Assembly (NCBI GenBank): GCA_016839815.1
Contig: JAEOTM010000096.1
Location: forward strand, 1-27,901
Direction: 5' to 3'
Origin: Candidatus Hodarchaeota archaeon
Lineage (GTDB): Archaea > Asgardarchaeota > Heimdallarchaeia > Hodarchaeales > Hodarchaeaceae
DNA: 27,901 nt
Below are positions 25,399-27,901 of this stretch, piece by piece. Each line of letters starts with the position of its first letter. Position 1 is the first letter of the stretch. The notes beneath the pieces are model-generated. The model ran no database searches. It was not told the origin of the DNA and worked only from the letters and a program-made list of their open reading frames with translations. A program made the translations under genes and the position numbers.

Positions 25399-26409
25399 TT
25401 AGCCTTTCCATTGATATTCCAAGGGCTTACTATTGAGAAAATTAAGGATGTCCTTTACTATCATCTCCGTTTGATGATGGATGACATCTTGTGTATTTCC
25501 TCCAAAATGAGGCATTACTGTCACATTATTGAATTCTAAGAAGCGATTTTCAGAGTCCACAGGCTCATCATCAAACACATCGAGTCCTGCACCAGCAATT
25601 CGTTTATTCTTTAAAACATCGTATAAGGCATCTTCATTAATACAGAAAGAACGCGATAAATTGAAAAAATGTGCAGTTGGTTTCATTAATTTGAACATAC
25701 CTTCATCAATCATTTCTTCAGTTTCTTCCAAAGGAGGGGTGTGGATAGTTATCATATCTGATTCTTTCATTAATACCTCCAATTCAACACAAGAAGCACT
25801 GGTTTCAATGACAACTGGATGATCTTCAGGAACGTAAGGATCGTAATAAAGCAGGTTACATCCAAAACCGTGAAATAAACGCTTTCCAACTCGTTGACCA
25901 ATTTGACCATAACCTATAATTCCAATCGTGAGACCACCAAGCTCTAATCCCATGTACTTGTTAAAAAAGTCCGCAAATCCATTATCATCGAGATCTGAAA
26001 CATCAAAGTGGCCATCACGGAGAAATCGATCTATTTCAACTATTTTACGAGCTTGGGTAAGCATCATAGCCACTGTTAAGTCAGCAACTGCGTCTGCATT
26101 ACGAAAAGGAGTGTAAATGATGGGGATGCCTTTTGTTGCTGCCGCTTCGTCATTAATATTGACTGGTGTTCCCCGTGTACTCCCTAAAAGTTTCAACTGG
26201 GTATTTTCAATAACATCTGAGTCTACTTCATCTGCCTCGGTAATCAGAATGTCTATTTGAAGTGAATTAAGCTTTTCTATCAGTTCCTCCTCATCAAAGT
26301 AAATAGTCCCTGTTTCTCGCCAATTTTCATAAATTACATCTAATTTCCCAGATTCCTTAAGAGTCTGTAATCCAGATTGACTAAATGGAGCAGTGATAAG
26401 TATTTTCAA
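25399..26409 (-). CDS. D-isomer-specific 2-hydroxyacid dehydrogenase (phosphoglycerate dehydrogenase-like, sugar-kinase-associated type)
   Basis: RNADAVAD, IGIIGYGQIG, FNLSR, GAGLDVFDDEP and MPHFGG, giving an intact Arg/Glu/His triad. Confidence 0.9.
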   Translation of the reverse strand: MKILITAPFSQSGLQTLKESGKLDVIYENWRETGTIYFDEEELIEKLNSLQIDILITEADEVDSDVIENTQLKLLGSTRGTPVNINDEAAATKGIPIIYTPFRNADAVADLTVAMMLTQARKIVEIDRFLRDGHFDVSDLDDNGFADFFNKYMGLELGGLTIGIIGYGQIGQRVGKRLFHGFGCNLLYYDPYVPEDHPVVIETSASCVELEVLMKESDMITIHTPPLEETEEMIDEGMFKLMKPTAHFFNLSRSFCINEDALYDVLKNKRIAGAGLDVFDDEPVDSENRFLEFNNVTVMPHFGGNTQDVIHHQTEMIVKDILNFLNSKPLEYQWKG

Positions 26410-26444
26410 TAATGGTCACCAGTAAAAATCTTTGGAAGAGTTTC

Positions 26445-27901
26445 TTAATCATCTTCAAACGAATTATTATATACCTCTTTCCAACCAAGATACAATTCTT
26501 CATATTGATCGGATTGATCTGCTTGTGGATAATACACCGAAAAATCGGTCATAACTTTGGTTGCTTCTTCTAAATTTCTGTATTTCCCAGTCCCAATCAT
26601 ACTTGCCAACGCACCAGAGACAGAGGCACCTTCTGGTAAAAATGTTTTAATTTCATGATTTAAAATATTTGCCAAGATCTGATTAAAGGTTTTAGATCTA
26701 CTCATTCCTCCGATCAAGAGAATTTCATTAAATGAAGAGTTAGCTACTTTATAAATCTGTTCACTGTTTGCACGTGCAGCAAAAGCTATATTCTCGATCA
26801 TAGCTCTAGAGAATGCAGCAATATCAACTGAAGCACCAAACGAATACGCAATGGGAGTAAAAGAAAATCCCCCACTAAGAGGGACTGAAAGCATAGACTG
26901 AGAAGAAAAAATTTGTGACCCCAAATTTGCATACACTCCTCCACTACCAGGGGGTTGGGACAATGCCAGAATGTCAAGTTTCTCATAAGGATTCTTGACC
27001 CCTAAAGACGAAAGGAATGAATCCACAAACCACTTGTGAACATCACCTGCGGATCCAGCATTCGATTCTAAGATCCAAAGTCCATTTACAAAGGCCCCAG
27101 TCCAAATGGTTTGATCTGGATCAATTATGGGCTGATCAATTACAAATTGTAGTGGCATCGTCGATCCCGCTACAATTCCTAGAGTATTTTTTTTGTATCC
27201 TCCACAACCAAGGATTGAGGCTTGAGTATCTGAAGCATTCATCACAACTAGTGTTTGTGGATTAAGATCTAGAATCGAAGCTACTTCAGGGAGAATATTT
27301 CCGATTACTTGACCATACTCATACGTAGTAGGTAAGAACTCATGAGGAATTTCACATTCTGAAAGGATTTTCTCTGACCAAGTACGCTGTCTGATGTCAA
27401 AAAGAAGTGTTTCTGCCGCAGCTGTATCGTCAATAGTATATTTACCAGATAATCTAAAGTTAACCCATCCATCAATAGATAAAAGATGGCGAATTTTCCC
27501 ATAAACCTCCTCCTCATTTTCTTTAAACCATAATAATCGTGAAAGTGGGAATAAAAATGGTAAACCGTGTCCAGTAATTTCATACACATCTTCGTTCGAC
27601 ATATAATCTTCAAAATCTACTTCAAGACCACGAGCATCACGATTAGGGCCTGCGTATAATTCTTTTCCCTTATTATCTAAAAAAACACAGCCATGCCGTT
27701 GAGAAGTAGCTGTTATGGCACAAATGTCTCTAGGAGAGATTTTGGAATCTAATAAAGCATTTTTTGAAGTTTGAAGGAGAATATCCCAGAATTGATTTGG
27801 GTCGAATTCATTTCCATAAGGATCTAGATCTTCAGGTATATAGTAGTGATGGCTCCATGGAGTTTTAGAAAACCCTACTATGTATCCATGATCGTCAAGA
27901 A
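26445..27901 (-). CDS. FGGY-family carbohydrate kinase (LsrK/xylulokinase-like), 5'-truncated by window edge
   Basis: The frame stays open beyond the ORF-track start to the window end (EFDPNQFW...ATSQRHGCVFLD...YAGPNRDARG). Further motifs are RLLWFKENE, TLLFDIRQRTWS, SDTQAS, RAMIENIAF and IGGMSRS. Confidence 0.9.
   Translation of the reverse strand, partial: LDDHGYIVGFSKTPWSHHYYIPEDLDPYGNEFDPNQFWDILLQTSKNALLDSKISPRDICAITATSQRHGCVFLDNKGKELYAGPNRDARGLEVDFEDYMSNEDVYEITGHGLPFLFPLSRLLWFKENEEEVYGKIRHLLSIDGWVNFRLSGKYTIDDTAAAETLLFDIRQRTWSEKILSECEIPHEFLPTTYEYGQVIGNILPEVASILDLNPQTLVVMNASDTQASILGCGGYKKNTLGIVAGSTMPLQFVIDQPIIDPDQTIWTGAFVNGLWILESNAGSAGDVHKWFVDSFLSSLGVKNPYEKLDILALSQPPGSGGVYANLGSQIFSSQSMLSVPLSGGFSFTPIAYSFGASVDIAAFSRAMIENIAFAARANSEQIYKVANSSFNEILLIGGMSRSKTFNQILANILNHEIKTFLPEGASVSGALASMIGTGKYRNLEEATKVMTDFSVYYPQADQSDQYEELYLGWKEVYNNSFEDD

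Noticed and set aside
1534-27613. Short ORF-track entries overlapping long genes (e.g. 1534-1728, 2545-2817, 2852-3037, 3946-4140, 6406-6618, 6635-6850, 6899-7138, 8810-9085, 14540-14797, 16832-17044, 17792-18088, 19922-20266, 22289-22570, 25529-25822, 27305-27613)
   Set aside because: They are antisense or alternative-frame shadows of well-supported genes and carry no recognisable motifs.

Overview
AT-rich, gene-dense chromosomal window, most likely archaeal. Geranylgeranyl reductase, TATA boxes ~22-23 nt upstream of ATGs, oligo-T terminators and a probable tandem-longin protein point to an Asgard archaeon, possibly Heimdallarchaeia/Hodarchaeales; this is inference. In order it holds a 5'-truncated Zn-ribbon adenine DNA methyltransferase, a YhhQ-type preQ0/preQ1 transporter preceded by a ribbon-helix-helix gene, a hypothetical protein, an endonuclease III-related HhH-GPD protein whose catalytic Asp is replaced by Gly, a GNAT, YbaK, a probable di-longin protein and a GGR-family reductase. 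Next come a hairpin-rich region with a small ORF, an orphan PAS histidine kinase, uvrA, a penicillin/AHL acylase-family Ntn hydrolase, a heterodimeric ABC exporter and a 3-TM protein. The window ends with DUF1116 (YlbE/AllG), an uncalled 57-aa FdrA C-terminal module, FdrA, an acyl-CoA dehydrogenase, two D-2-hydroxyacid dehydrogenases and a truncated LsrK-like FGGY kinase. I saw no rRNA, tRNA, CRISPR array or transposase. The best candidates for something undescribed are (i) a minus-strand structured RNA with three YAAAG-looped hairpins ahead of a 44-aa ORF, (ii) the tandem-longin protein, (iii) the apparently catalytically dead Fe-S glycosylase, and (iv) the split FdrA/DUF1116 module lacking its usual partners. 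All family calls come from motif recognition by eye, not database searches.
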